From NCBI RefSeq assembly GCF_037042905.1, contig NC_087263.1:9734001-9798000 (forward strand): a stretch of DNA of 64,000 nt, given 5' to 3'. The DNA comes from Lytechinus pictus. Its lineage: Eukaryota. A program made the position numbers and the translations under genes. This document shows, piece after piece, positions 13,079 through 25,259 of this stretch (position 1 is the first letter of the stretch; each line of letters opens with the position of its first letter). The notes under the pieces were generated by a model. The model was given only the letters and a program-made list of their open reading frames with translations, made no database searches and was not told where the DNA came from.

Positions 13079-14600
13079 TAAGTTTTGTCTTAAAGTTATT
13101 TAAAGTTGATGCATTTCTGATGTCTGTAGGCAGTGGCGGACCGTGACCCGAGGAGACAAAGCATTGGAGGGGCACTGTATTGTTTGTGAACAATGCTGTG
13201 CCCCTCCAATGCTTTGTCTCCTCGGGGTCACGGTCCGCCACTGTCTGTAGGTAAATTGTTCCACTTTTTTGACATATAAAACGAATATTATGTTGATAAG
13301 AACAGGTCCTGTGTCGTGGCAAATGAATTAATACAGAGGAGCGTGTATTGTATTTATATGAATTCTGATTTGTATCAAACAAGTGAGAAGAATTATGAGG
13401 CATAAGCCGATTGATATACTGATAAATAAAAATAGATTGCTGGTAGGTTGTAATATCTTCTAAAGTAAGCAGTTTAAACTCAGAGTATAATGTGCTAACT
13501 ATAGATATTGGGCTTTCTCCAGCTATGATTCTAAACTATTTTATTTTGTTTTGTAACAAGTTTCTTAAGGTTAGACGGAAAAGTACTACCCCAAACTTAG
13601 TTACAATAAGACAAATGTGGCAATATAAGTGTGGAATACAACATTCGCAATACATAAGCTGGTAAAAAGTAACTTAATCTGGATATACCAATATTCTTTG
13701 ATATTTTCTTCTCTATATTTTGTATGTGAAATTTCCGAGTTAATTTTTAATCAATGGTTACTGACACCAAGAAATTTTGTTTTTTCAACCTTATGAATCT
13801 CAATGCTATTCATTTGTAATTTAAAACAATCAGTGTCATATTGCTGGTTACGATTACTGAAAACAATGAAGTTACACTTATGGGGGTGACAGATAGCCTA
13901 TTTGCCTGGAACCATGCACATGCCCAGTTTGAAGAGATTATCATTTACTTGTTCTTCCAAGGAACTTATATATCTTTACCACTAAACAGTATTTGTATCA
14001 TCCGCATATAATATGAATGATGGGATATTTGACACATTTGCAATATCATTTATGTACAATATAAATAACAAAGGCCCTAACAAGGACCCTTGCGGAACTC
14101 CACACACTATTTTCTTAGGTTCTGACAAGCAGGTATTATATTTAGTACATTGAAATCGATTTGAGAGGTAGCTACTAAACCAACTATGTGCTAGTCCTCG
14201 TTAAATTAACATGATCTCATGATTAAAAGTGTCAAAAGCCTTTGAAAAATCAACAAAAGCACCAACAAGAAAATAATTACGTTTAAACGTGTCCACAATC
14301 TTGTTTACGATATCAGTAAGAGCCATACTTGTTGAATATTTTTTTCGAAAGCCATACTGATAGCTACCCAAAATATTACATCTATCTAGGAGCTTGGCAG
14401 TGCGTTTAAAAATAAACAATCTTTTCCAAAACCTTTGAAAAACAAGATAGAACAAATATAGCACGGTAGTAAAAATTCACATTTATCAATATCACCACTC
14501 TTAAATATAGGAGTTACCCAAGCAGTTTTTAGTTTATCTGGAAAGATTCCCTTCGAAAGAGATACAAAAAAATCAGTAAAAGAACAGATTTCAAAGAGAG
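13079..14600 (-). mobile_element. Old, degraded L2/Crack-type LINE RT region
   Basis: QYGFRKKYST, FVDFSKAFDT, GVPQGSLLGPLLF and YADDT on the minus strand, with many disruptions. Confidence 0.85.
13131..13243. mobile_element. 113-bp hairpin hAT-type MITE
   Basis: Near-perfect palindrome CAGTGGCGGACCGTGACCC...GGGTCACGGTCCGCCACTG with exact 8-bp TSD TCTGTAGG. Confidence 0.92.
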
Positions 14601-15247
14601 CATTTTATATCTAATACCCCGAAACCAAGGCGACAGGGGGTACCCGCCCCTTTTAGTTTGTAAGTAGTGAAGAAGTTGGGAGGGGGGGGGGGGCTGAAAA
14701 AAAAACCTGGGAAAAGAATGGAAGAAAGAAGAAAGAAGACTACGAAATAACTTGTTGATTTTTTGGGGGAGGGGGCGGGGGGGGGGGTGATGTCATCTTT
14801 ATTAAAGAGTATTTGACGTCTTCTACACATTTCAAACTACCATTGCCATTCTGTCAATATTAGCCATTCTGAGAAAATAAAGTTTTTTTAATTTCATTTT
14901 GTGCACTTGTTTCTAAACGTTAAATAACGGAAAATCAACAAGGGAAAATAAAATCAAATTTAGAAAAACCAAATCCACCAGTCTTCAGCTTTTTCTTCTT
15001 TTCTAATTGTCATTTCTTTTCACGAAACCTCTTTTGGACATAAACTGGATCAAACCGTTTGTGTGTGTGTGTTTGTGTGTTGGTGAGTGTGGGGGTGATG
15101 GTGCGTGCTTGCGCGTGTGTGTAGCTCGAAGGAGTAGCTGAATTACGCATATCATGCTCAGCTGTAATTTAACAGTCATCAGTTTGAACCAATCGATGGA
15201 AAGATCTGCGAAATAAGACAGCCAGGAAAGGAGAATAATTTTCGTTA

Positions 15248-15356
15248 AGGCCTTGTCACATCGTTCCGTGCAAGCCTTTCGGGCGACTTGCGGGTAACTA
15301 TTTTGGCTACCCGCAGATCGCACGCAAGGCTTGCACGGAACGATGTGACAGGGCCT
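15248..15356. mobile_element. PIF/Harbinger-type hairpin MITE
   Basis: AGGCCTTGTCACATCGTTCCGTGCAAGCC paired with GGCTTGCACGGAACGATGTGACAGGGCCT; TTA on both sides. Confidence 0.85.
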
Positions 15357-16230
15357 TTAGTAATGTTTCTATGATTTCATATTGTATGACAAAAACCCCG
15401 ATGCTTTGATGATTCATGTGTCAATACTGGTAAAGGGATTCCAGGGATCATGGGCACAATAAAGGCAATGCCGTGATGAAAAGGCAACTATAGTATCAAA
15501 AGAGTCACATAACTACACGTAGTTATTTTCTTTCACCCTAGCACAAGAAAGCCAGTCGAGAGTAAGTAAATCAACTGGCGCTTAACGTAGTTAGATCCCA
15601 TCATAGACAATCATTCTTGGCTAATAGGATTCGAAAATTGTGGAGTGTCTTTTCGTTTTCCAAGTTATGTTCAAAGTTATAGTTAAGCTGGTGAGTGAAA
15701 ATATCATTAGGTTATGGAATAAAGATATGGGCAGATTAGCATGCGCCCTAGTACATCAAAACAAAATTGCAATGTAAGATTCATTCAACCTCCATTTTTG
15801 TCATACACTTTTTCATGAACTAAATACCACAGGACAATTCAATTGACGCTATATTATTGGTCATGAAGTTTTTAAAACATTAACACACCAAGGTAACATT
15901 CACACAAACACACATCAAACACCCTTCCTCGTAACATGCATTTATACCGTCTATATATACATGTACATTAAGGAACACTGTCCTACTCTCACACTCATGC
16001 GCTCACACAAAAAACACACACACGCACACCCTCACACACACACACACTGTCACACATGATTGTATACAGAAGCATACCACACATCCACACGCAATCACAC
16101 ATAATACAGAAACACACGTGTACACTCGCACCAACCCACATGAACGGTAATTTGTCTGTGTACTATACTAGTTTGGGAACTTGGTCATTCATGGAACCAA
16201 ATGTTACTCCCTTTTATGCGATCCTCATAC

Positions 16231-17442
16231 CACTGGCGTAAATCCCGGGGGGGATGGGGGGATATATCCCCCCCACTTTTCGAGGAGGGGGGGGGGATGG
16301 CCTGTACAAACACCCCCCACTTTTTACGAAAGAAATGAAAAAAAAATCACAAGAGATAATTGTTTTATTGGTGAAAATTCTTCCAAAAATACCGCTTAAC
16401 AAATAAAATAATATTATTGAATCATAAAATGCAAATAAAGAGCCAGTTTACCATTTCCAAACGAAATACTTATGTCATTATTATAACATTGAAGAGAAAC
16501 CCCCGGTTTCTTCCAATTCATCAATGTTGGGGTCTTTGGGAAGGGATTAAGATGCCAAATGTCAAAATTTTTTGAATGTAATCTCTAATAAAACCATTAA
16601 ACCATCATGGGGTAAAAAAGATAATAATAATTGGAGGTGTAACTACGGGGGACATGGGGGGCACATCCCCCCCATCAGCTGACCAAAAAAAAAAACGGGG
16701 AAAGGGGGAAAAGGAGAAAAGAGGGGGAAAGGAAGAGAAACGTAGTGGGAAAGAACAAAATATTATTCATTACAATGTTATATTATATTATAATTATGTT
16801 AAGTTACATTACATAAGAAACATTTTTTATTTTTTATGTTAAGGTCTTCGTATATATGAAATATTTCCTGTCCGTGATTACGTTCGCATTAGTGGATTGG
16901 TGAGATATGTCTGCTCTTCATGAATTCCTGAAATCAGTCCTTAAAATGTCCCTTCTTCTGATCTAAATATCAAAAATTTTCAGCTCGCATCATTTGGTTA
17001 ATGAAATACGTATGGTCCTAGTTAGTTCCTACAAAGAAACCTTAGAATGCCCCAATTCAGGTCTGAATTATCTAAGTTTTCAGCTCGCACTTCGTGCTCG
17101 CATTCTTAAGCGAGACAGGTACCTATCATGATTACACAGATTTGATTATAATGTCCCTTTTTATGTGTGAATATAAAAAAATTTCAGCTCGCGCTTCGCG
17201 CTCGCATTATTTGATCAGTGAGATACATCCGTTTAATGACATTGTCCTTAAAATGTCTCTATTAGGTCACTCACTCAGTCATTCAAACATTTTGCTGGTG
17301 CCCCCCCCCCATGCCGTGACCCACGGTACGCCACTGTGGACATATCAATGACAATTCCTTGCATATCTAAAAACATGATTGCAAAAATATGCCAAAATAT
17401 TTCAGTCATCCCCCCACCCATCAACACGGACTTACGCCAGTG
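16231..17442. mobile_element. hAT-type MITE containing a second MITE (~16632-17336)
   Basis: TIR CACTGGCGTAA...TTACGCCAGTG with 8-bp TSD CCTCATAC. The inner element ends GGTACGCCACTG and carries GCTCGCGCTTCGCGCTCGC motifs. Confidence 0.85.
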
Positions 17443-17621
17443 CCTCATACTGTACCTTCCCTTTCTTAAATCAACTGGTTTCAACTGGTTTCAGAATACA
17501 GTGGAATCATCTGTGGGTGCGACAGATGAGTAGATAGAAACTTGCTTTCCCATAAATGCACTGCATAATTTGAAAATCGGTGAAAAAGATTTTTAACGCA
17601 TATAGCTTACATAGGTTTTAA

Positions 17622-18178
17622 AGGGATACTCCAGGCTGGAAACTATTATATTTAAATAAATAAGGTAAAATTTACAAAGTTAAATACTGAGAATTACGTC
17701 AAAATCTGATATCAAATAAGGAAGTTATTTAATCGTAATCTTTAGCAATATTTTGTGAAAAACAGCTATATGCACGTCGTCTTGAACATTCCCTTTATGA
17801 TTATTACATGAAATCATTATTATTACATATTTGTTCACTCATGTGTGTATGATATGCATTTCTTGTAATGAATTTAGTTGCAACAATGTGTATCGAATGC
17901 ATTAAATCAGTTGTCAATTCATCTAATTCTTGAAGGTAAAAATTTGAATAAACATAATTTAATATAAGGAAATACAAAACAACAAGTAGGGATGTGACAA
18001 TTTATTTGTTATATATTCGTAAAGACATGCGTAGAACTGTTTAATCGAAATAATGCAAATCTTTAAAATATTATAACGTTGTTATTCCTTATCCAATTTG
18101 ATCAAATTTTCAGTGTTTTGTTTGTCTGATTTTCCTTGATCTATTCAAATCATATTATTTTCAGCTTGGAGTACCCCT
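17622..18178. mobile_element. TTAA-targeting (Kolobok-like) MITE
   Basis: TTAA|AGGGATACTCCAGGCTG...CAGCTTGGAGTACCCCT|TTAG; interior resembles 49404-50005. Confidence 0.75.
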
Positions 18179-19539
18179 TTAGATTTGAGGAGAAGCGAAC
18201 TAGGTACAAGAAATTTGTTTTTTTTGTTATATTTATATGATTTATTTTTGTTCTATATCATTATGCAATGAAAGCATTCTTTTTATATACATACAATACC
18301 TGGGGTGAAATTGATAATGATTAATAAGGTAAAAGTAAAAGCCCATAACATAGGATTGAAACGTAAAGGTGCATATCAATCTAATTTTTACATGATGAGT
18401 TTCCCATTGGTTTGGTTACCTTAAAGGAACAGACTAATAATGATTCGATTTGTAAAAAGTCTGAGTTGCAAGGTTCCATTTGTCACCTGAATCTGTAAAA
18501 GTTATAAAAAACTAAAGCTCAGAAAAAAAATCGCGTCGCCCAGAGCACTTATTTCGGACATGAAGACGGTGAAATAGAAAAAGACCGGAACTGACATGTG
18601 TTAGTAATCTTCCCATCAGGAGATAATGATGATTTTTAAGTCCCAGATATCGAATTTAATTTGTTTCTTCCGTAGTTATAGGCAGGCCCTATCTTTTAAA
18701 CAAAACATCTGTGATGTTCGCCACAAGCAAAGCGAGTGAGTGCCGCCAGACAGGCTATTCGATTCTATTCTTCCTCGTTTTTTCTTTACATCTCTTTCTT
18801 TCTTTCTCCCCCTCTTTTTTAAATACCCGCACTCGCCCCTCCCCCAATACGCCTTAATTTGTGCATGAGCAGATTCAATCCGCTGTAAAGCTCTGAATAG
18901 CCAGTTCTTGTATATTTCAACGTCATTTGAATTCGTTTAGGATTAAAAAAGTGACATTTATGGTTCTGTTCATCGATATAAGTCTTATCAGATTTACAAT
19001 GATTTTTTTTACGATTTAATTTGTCTTTGTTTAAGCTATTCGAAGCAACCCGATATGTACATTGTCATCTGGTCATAAACATGCCTACAAAATTATATTT
19101 ACCCAACTATTGATTTTCTTTTGCTACAGTAAATTTTTATGAACACATTTTGCTGACTCTGTCGTCATCAATACAACCACATTTGGTATCAGAAAATAAA
19201 AAGGACCGTCAGGTTCGCTGTAAAAATAGTGTTTACCAAATCATGTACATTTAAGGATGAATACACACCACCAATTATTTCTCCGCCATGATATCTCGAG
19301 ACTTGGTTGCACCGGTGAAAAGTATTCTTGGGCAATTAATTAACTCCCTAAAAAGAGACTTGGTTGCACCGGCGATAGGTTTTCTTGGGCAACTAATAAA
19401 GTCCCCAACAAAACTCATAGGATCGAATCATACTACAACATTATAATTACCTGGAGCAGTAAGAGTCCCCATTTATGTTCGTGCTTTAAAAGAAATCTTC
19501 TAATAAGCATAATTGATTTTGTATCAATTCATTTATCAG

Positions 19540-19705
19540 TGGAATCTGTGTACGGGTCGGGGGATTCCCCGACAGAGTCAACGACGGAGAAGGACGTTGC
19601 GCGAAGTGTTATCTGACTGAAAAGTTGACAAACGTAATAGTACTCCAACGCTGGATGAACATAGGACAAAAGCATTTCCAAAGACCACCTGAGTGCTCCT
19701 TAAAA
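19540..19705 (+). other. Candidate non-coding (5' UTR) exon
   Basis: GC-richer island between acceptor atttatcag and strong donor AAAA|GTAAGT. No ORF support. Confidence 0.3.
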
Positions 19706-21064
19706 GTAAGTATCATCAGAATTTTATCTTGTAAATTATATACTCACAGATTCTGAAAACAGCAGCTCCATGAAAGGATGCAGAAACATTTTTTTAATTC
19801 AATGTTCACCGGTAGAGCCAATGAAAATGGTCGTCAGTAGAAATGATTGCTATCGATACCGATTTCGAATAACATTTATTTATTTGAAGAAGAAAATAAT
19901 AAGAATAGTTACACATAGCACATATTTCTATGCCATTATTTAATAAAATGAAAACTTCTGAGAATGCCTGATTTATATACTAATTAAGTTGCAATTTTTA
20001 TGTACTCATTTTATTAAAAAAAAATCCTACCAGGTACTCTGTTACAATATTTGCAATTGAATAAAAATGTTCATGGATATCAAACAGGGTATTCAAATAA
20101 TTTTCTCATTCCCTTTTAGCAAAAACATCAATTTCTTCAAACAATGTATTTTTGTTGTGTCCCAAAATTTGGAATTCTATACCGTTAGAGATAAAACTAT
20201 GTCCATCATAACATAGTTTCAAAAGGAAAATGAAATTTTATTTACTTCGAAACTTATACACGTGTGCATTTATTCTTATTCAATAACACGTATGTGGTGT
20301 GGGTGTGTTTGTGTGTGTGTGTGAGCTGGTGTGTGTATTTGCGTGTGAAACGTAAATAAGGATGTTTGTAAACTTGTGAAAAGGTGTTCATTATTGCATA
20401 CATGCATTACCCAAATTTTATATTTTTGTCTATTTCTGTTATAATCTATTTTAATGTACATGATTTAGTTTATTTTTTGGAGCTTGGCTTCTAATAAGGC
20501 ACAGCATTCCTGCCTCGCCTTTCTCCACTCTTGTTTTTTGCTCATTCGCTTGCTTTTATCATAACATAATTGTTCGTAGGATAATTATGTATTTGTGTCT
20601 TGTGATTTTTAATGAAAGTTTTAAATATTAGGTGAACTGAACTGATTATAAATTGTTAAAACAATGTGCACAGTTTTTATTGCATTCCACTTATTCTGAA
20701 AGAAACATATTGTAATAATTCGAATTAGTTTAGTCTATAGCAGGGATTCTCAAACTACGGCCCGCGGGCCGGATCCGGCCCGCGGAGCTTCTCAATCCGG
20801 CCCGCGAGACTCTGCTGGGTTTTTTTAATAACTTTTAAGTCACAATATGAAACATAGCCATGATAGCTCAATATGATTACAATGTGTATCCGTGTAGACC
20901 TAACCGTAATAAAAGTAATGGCAATCAAATTAATTTGACTTTTAAACAAAGTTTAGTGTCTTTTAGAGTATTTTCTGTCTGTTCGATCTACTATTTTATT
21001 AGATTACCAGCGCTGTTCTCACCATATGTTTGGACAAGAATTAACTCATATCGAAGTACCTTGA

Positions 21065-23958
21065 CAGGGGCCGCGGAACGGTTTTCAAAGTGGAGGGGGG
21101 GGGGGGGCTGACCATGCAAGAAATCACAATCATATTGTCATTTTACGTTTTTGTACATGGTTTTGAAAAAAAGTGGGGGGCTTAAACCTCCCTGTTACAC
21201 CCACAAATGTAATAATCGCCCACAAATGTAATAACGCCCACAAATGTAATAACACTTTACCCACAAATGTAATAACGCCCACAAATGTAATAACACTTTA
21301 CCCACAAATGTAATAATTTTGATCGCCCACAAATGTAATAATGACTTTACCCACAAATGTAATAATGACTTTACCCACAAATGTAATAAATTTGAAGGGA
21401 TTTTTGGCGAATTCGTTCTAAACTGAAATCCTATAGTAATACGTTCATATAGCACAAAAGTGCAAAGTCTTTTTTTCCAGACCCGGTTAATAAAGAAAGT
21501 ATAATATAATCCAAAGTCTTTTCTTCCAGACCCGGTTGTTTCAATAATTATAATATAAGTTCAAAGTCTTTTTTCCAGACCAAGTTGTTTAAAAAATTAT
21601 AATATAAGTCCAAAGTCTTTTTTTCCAGACCCGGTTGTTTCAAAAATTATAATATAAGTTCAAAGTCTTTTTTTCCAGACCTGGTTGCTTAAAAAATTAT
21701 AATATAAGTCCAAAGTCTTTTTTCCAGACCCGGTTGTTTCAAAAATTATAATATAAGTTCAAAGTCTTTTTTCCAAACCCAGTTGTTAAAAAAATTATAA
21801 TATAAGTCCAAACTAAGATATGATAATGATATTCCAGTGGAATAATAATGAGAATCAAGCTTAGTCTTTTTCCAGACCCAGTTAATTAAAACTAGTGGAA
21901 TTAGTGTCTTTGTTGTTGTTTTCACTTATACGGCGCAAATTGTGAATATATGCGCTAAGAGTAAATTGAGAATCAAGCATAGTCTTTTCTCCAGACCCAG
22001 TGACTAAAAACTAAACCCTATAGTAATGTGTTCGTATAGCACAAATGTGCAAAGTCTTTTTTCCAGACCCGGTTAATTCAAAAATTATTATAAGTCCAAT
22101 GTCTTTTTTCCAGACCCGGTTGTTTCAAAAATTATACTGTAAGTTCAAAGTTTAAAGTTTCGCTTAATTTGTATTTTTCAGAGAACTGGGTGTGGGGTAC
22201 AGACAACACTCTAAACCCAAGCATTTTAACTGGGCTTAGTTTTGAAATTTGGTCTTATTTTTTTTTTTCTTCAATATTTCTTTATTTTTTAAATAACCGG
22301 GTCTAGACGAAAGACTAAGCATAATACTCGTGTTATTCCACAGGAATAAGAATATGACAAAGTCTTGTGTTTTTAAGACTGTTTGAATTATTTTTTAAAT
22401 GACTGGGTCTGGAATAAAGACAACGCTCTAAACATGTGCTTTTCTACATGGTCTTAATTTGGAGGATTGTTGGTTCTTAGATTCGTTGTTGGGGTTGGGT
22501 TTTATTGCTTTTTTATTCTTGAAATAACTGTGTCTGGAGGAAAGTCTACAATCGATCTTCATGTTATTCCACAGTAATTAGATTATTGGGTATTCGTTTT
22601 AGAATATTTGTAAAAACTATCTTTTTTTTCAAATAATAACCAAGTCTGGAGAAAGGATGTTTGCTTTACCCATGCATTATTACAATGTTTTGTAGGGGTC
22701 TTAGTATTATTAAAAAAAAAACTGGCCTGGGTGCGGAGTAAATACATATTTTTAAAACCAGTAAGGGTGTAGCTTTTGAAGATTGGTCTTAGATTTGAAC
22801 TGTTGAAATTTTTTTTATTCATTTTTTTTAAATAACCGGGTCTGGAGAAAAGAGTACGTTTTAAAACTTGTGTTATTCCAGAAAAATTAGAATATGATAT
22901 AGTCTTACGTTAGAAGATTTTTTTTTTGTAATTTTTTTTTATGATTAGGTCTGGAATAAAGACAATGCTCTAAACCTCTTTTTAAAACAGGTTCTTAGGT
23001 TGAAGGATTGTTTGGTCTTAGATTTGGAATTTTCTTCTTATTACTGTTAGCGTTATTTTGAAAAAAAAATAACTGGGTCTGGCTGAAAGACTATGCTATA
23101 TGTCCATGTTATCCAGCATTAATAAGATTATGGGGTCTTTATACTGTTTTTGTTGTTGTTGTATTGTTATTTATAATTTTCGAATAACAGGGTTTGGAGA
23201 AAAGACTAAGCTCGATTTTTATTTTTATTCCACTGGAATATCATTATGGTATCTTAGTTTGGACTTATGTCATAAATATTTAATTAACCAGGTCTGGAAA
23301 AAAGACTTTGCACTTTTGTGCTATATGAACGCATTACTATAAGGATTTAGTTTTTAGTTTTAAGTAACCGGGTGTGAAGAAAGACTACGCTTGATTCTCA
23401 ATTTACTCTTAGCGCATATATTCACAATACGCACCGTGTAAGTTCAAACAACAACAAAGACATTGATTCCATCAGTTTTAATTAACTGGGTCTGGAGAAA
23501 AGACTAAGCTCGATTCTCATTTTCATTCCACTGGAATATCATTATCGAATCCTAGTTTGGATTTATTTTATATTTTTTTCAATAACCGTGTCTGGAAAAA
23601 AAAGACTTTGGACTTATATTATAATTTTTGAAATAACCGGGTCTGGAAAAAAGACTTTAAATTATATTATAATTTTTGAATTAATCGGGTCTGGAAAAAA
23701 GACTTTGCACTTTTGTGCTATATGAACGCATTACTATAGGATTTTAGTTTAGAACGGATTCGCCAAAAATCCCTTCAAATTTATTACATTTGTGGGTAAA
23801 GTCATTATTACATTTGTGGGCGATCAAAAATTATTACATTTGTGGGTAAAGTGTTATTACATTTGTGGGCGTTATTACATTTGTGGGTAAAGTGTTATTA
23901 CATTTGTGGGCGTTATTACATTTGTGGGTGCAACACTCCCCCGCTTCCGCGGCCCCTG
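21065..23958. mobile_element. hAT5-like MITE (same family as 2784-5688), middle layer
   Basis: CAGGGGCCGCGGAA...TTCCGCGGCCCCTG with 5-bp TSD CTTGA (21060-21064, 23959-23963). Confidence 0.88.
21193..23935. mobile_element. 2.7-kb foldback element with TGT...ACA ends (Ginger2/TDD-like), inner layer
   Basis: CTCCC on both flanks. Nine left and seven right copies of CCCACAAATGTAATAA, then inverted arrays of ~60-bp AAAGTCTTTTTTCCAGACCCGGTT units. Confidence 0.85.
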
Positions 23959-24504
23959 CTTGACCAGTAAACATTTGCACCAGTGCCTTCGTCTGGCAAT
24001 TACACCTTTTGTGCCAATGTTCAAACACCTTGTTGCTGACAGACTGTCACTTTTTCCACATTGATATTGACTAGGAGACTGACACCCTTGTTAGAGTCTA
24101 CAACAGACATGCTCTATTATTCATTCTACTTTGACTACACAAAATATTGATACTTCAAGACATTATCTGTTTCCCCAATACCAGGTATGTATAGGTACAA
24201 TCTAGATTCCTTTTAACAAAGTACTACATTTTTTATCATTAATAATGACTCTCGCAGTATTTTGATTTTTTTCTAATTTTGCCTACGTTCCATATGAAAC
24301 TGTTATAAATTTGTTGGATTAAATGCTCCAAAAATAAGACCAGATTGTACATGAGGGCATCCAGGACCCCAACCGCATGGGTCTTTGCGCTTCGCGCACA
24401 TTTTATTTTCTAAGTATCCACTTCACCCTGGCCCTTTCAGGTTTACTTGGAGTCTCATCTGGCCCTTCAAAGAAAAAGTTTGAGAACCCCTGGTCTATAG
24501 TATT

Positions 24505-24520
24505 AGTACTACTACTACTT

Positions 24521-24560
<40 letters not shown>

Positions 24561-24590
24561 CACTACTTCTACTACAATTACTACTAATCA
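24505..24590. repeat. (CTA)n microsatellite
   Basis: Direct inspection; explains the poly-Leu and poly-Ser ORFs. Confidence 0.95.
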
Positions 24591-24592
24591 TA

Positions 24593-25250
24593 ATAGGGGA
24601 AGGCGAGGTAAGTTTTTACACGTTTAGCTTTTTGCATGTTATAATTGATAAGATTAACAATCTTGTCGTAATAAGTACCTTGTCTAAAAATTTAACTCTT
24701 CTGAAATATTTTTCACCTATATATAACTTTCTACCCCCACACTGAAAGTCATTGTCACCTTTATAAAAAAAGATGTCAAATGGCTCAAGTTGCCCATCTG
24801 TGGGGGTCAGTTGAGCCACCCTCTGTGGTAAGTTGAGCCACAAAAACTATGTACAAAATGTATGGGGGAAACAACGGAATGTCATTTTTTATTTAAAGTC
24901 TGTTCACTTGCTAATTCTCTATAGGCCTAAATACTAACATCCTCTAAAAGTAAAAGATCAGTTTGGTAAATTTGCTCCTTTCTTCCTGCATATCGATGGC
25001 CTTTTAAAGTTTTTTCAATATTCATTACCATAGGATCTACCATGGCTCAACTTTCCCTATGTTGGCTGGCTCAACTTACCCCAGTTCGAATTTAATGCGA
25101 TAATTTCGCATCCACACATTTCTTATGCGTCCATCATGTAAAAGACTATGACAAGAATGAAGATCCATACCTGGATTTACAATGTTGTTCCTATGTCTTT
25201 AATTATATTTAAAGACGTGTGTGTGTAAAAATCAATTTTAGGTTTTAACG
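24593..25250. mobile_element. Truncated MITE with inverted GGTAAGTTGAGCCA motifs
   Basis: GTTGAGCCA motifs at ~24810-24840 and inverse TGGCTCAACTT at ~25043-25082. Confidence 0.5.
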
Positions 25251-25259
25251 TCAATTATT

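Larger units (their letters stand above)
20741..24492. mobile_element. hAT (Charlie-like) non-autonomous element, outer layer of a three-level nest
   Basis: CAGGGATTCTCAAACT...AGTTTGAGAACCCCTG with 8-bp TSD GTCTATAG; GGCCCGCGGGCC subterminal motifs. Confidence 0.9.

Noticed and set aside
21199-21390. CRISPR-like repeat array
   Set aside because: Spacers are 2-10 bp and repeated, the array is mirrored at 23780-23930 as a transposon arm, the context is eukaryotic and there are no cas genes.
24377-24745. Poly-Leu membrane protein ORF
   Set aside because: Product of the (CTA)n microsatellite.
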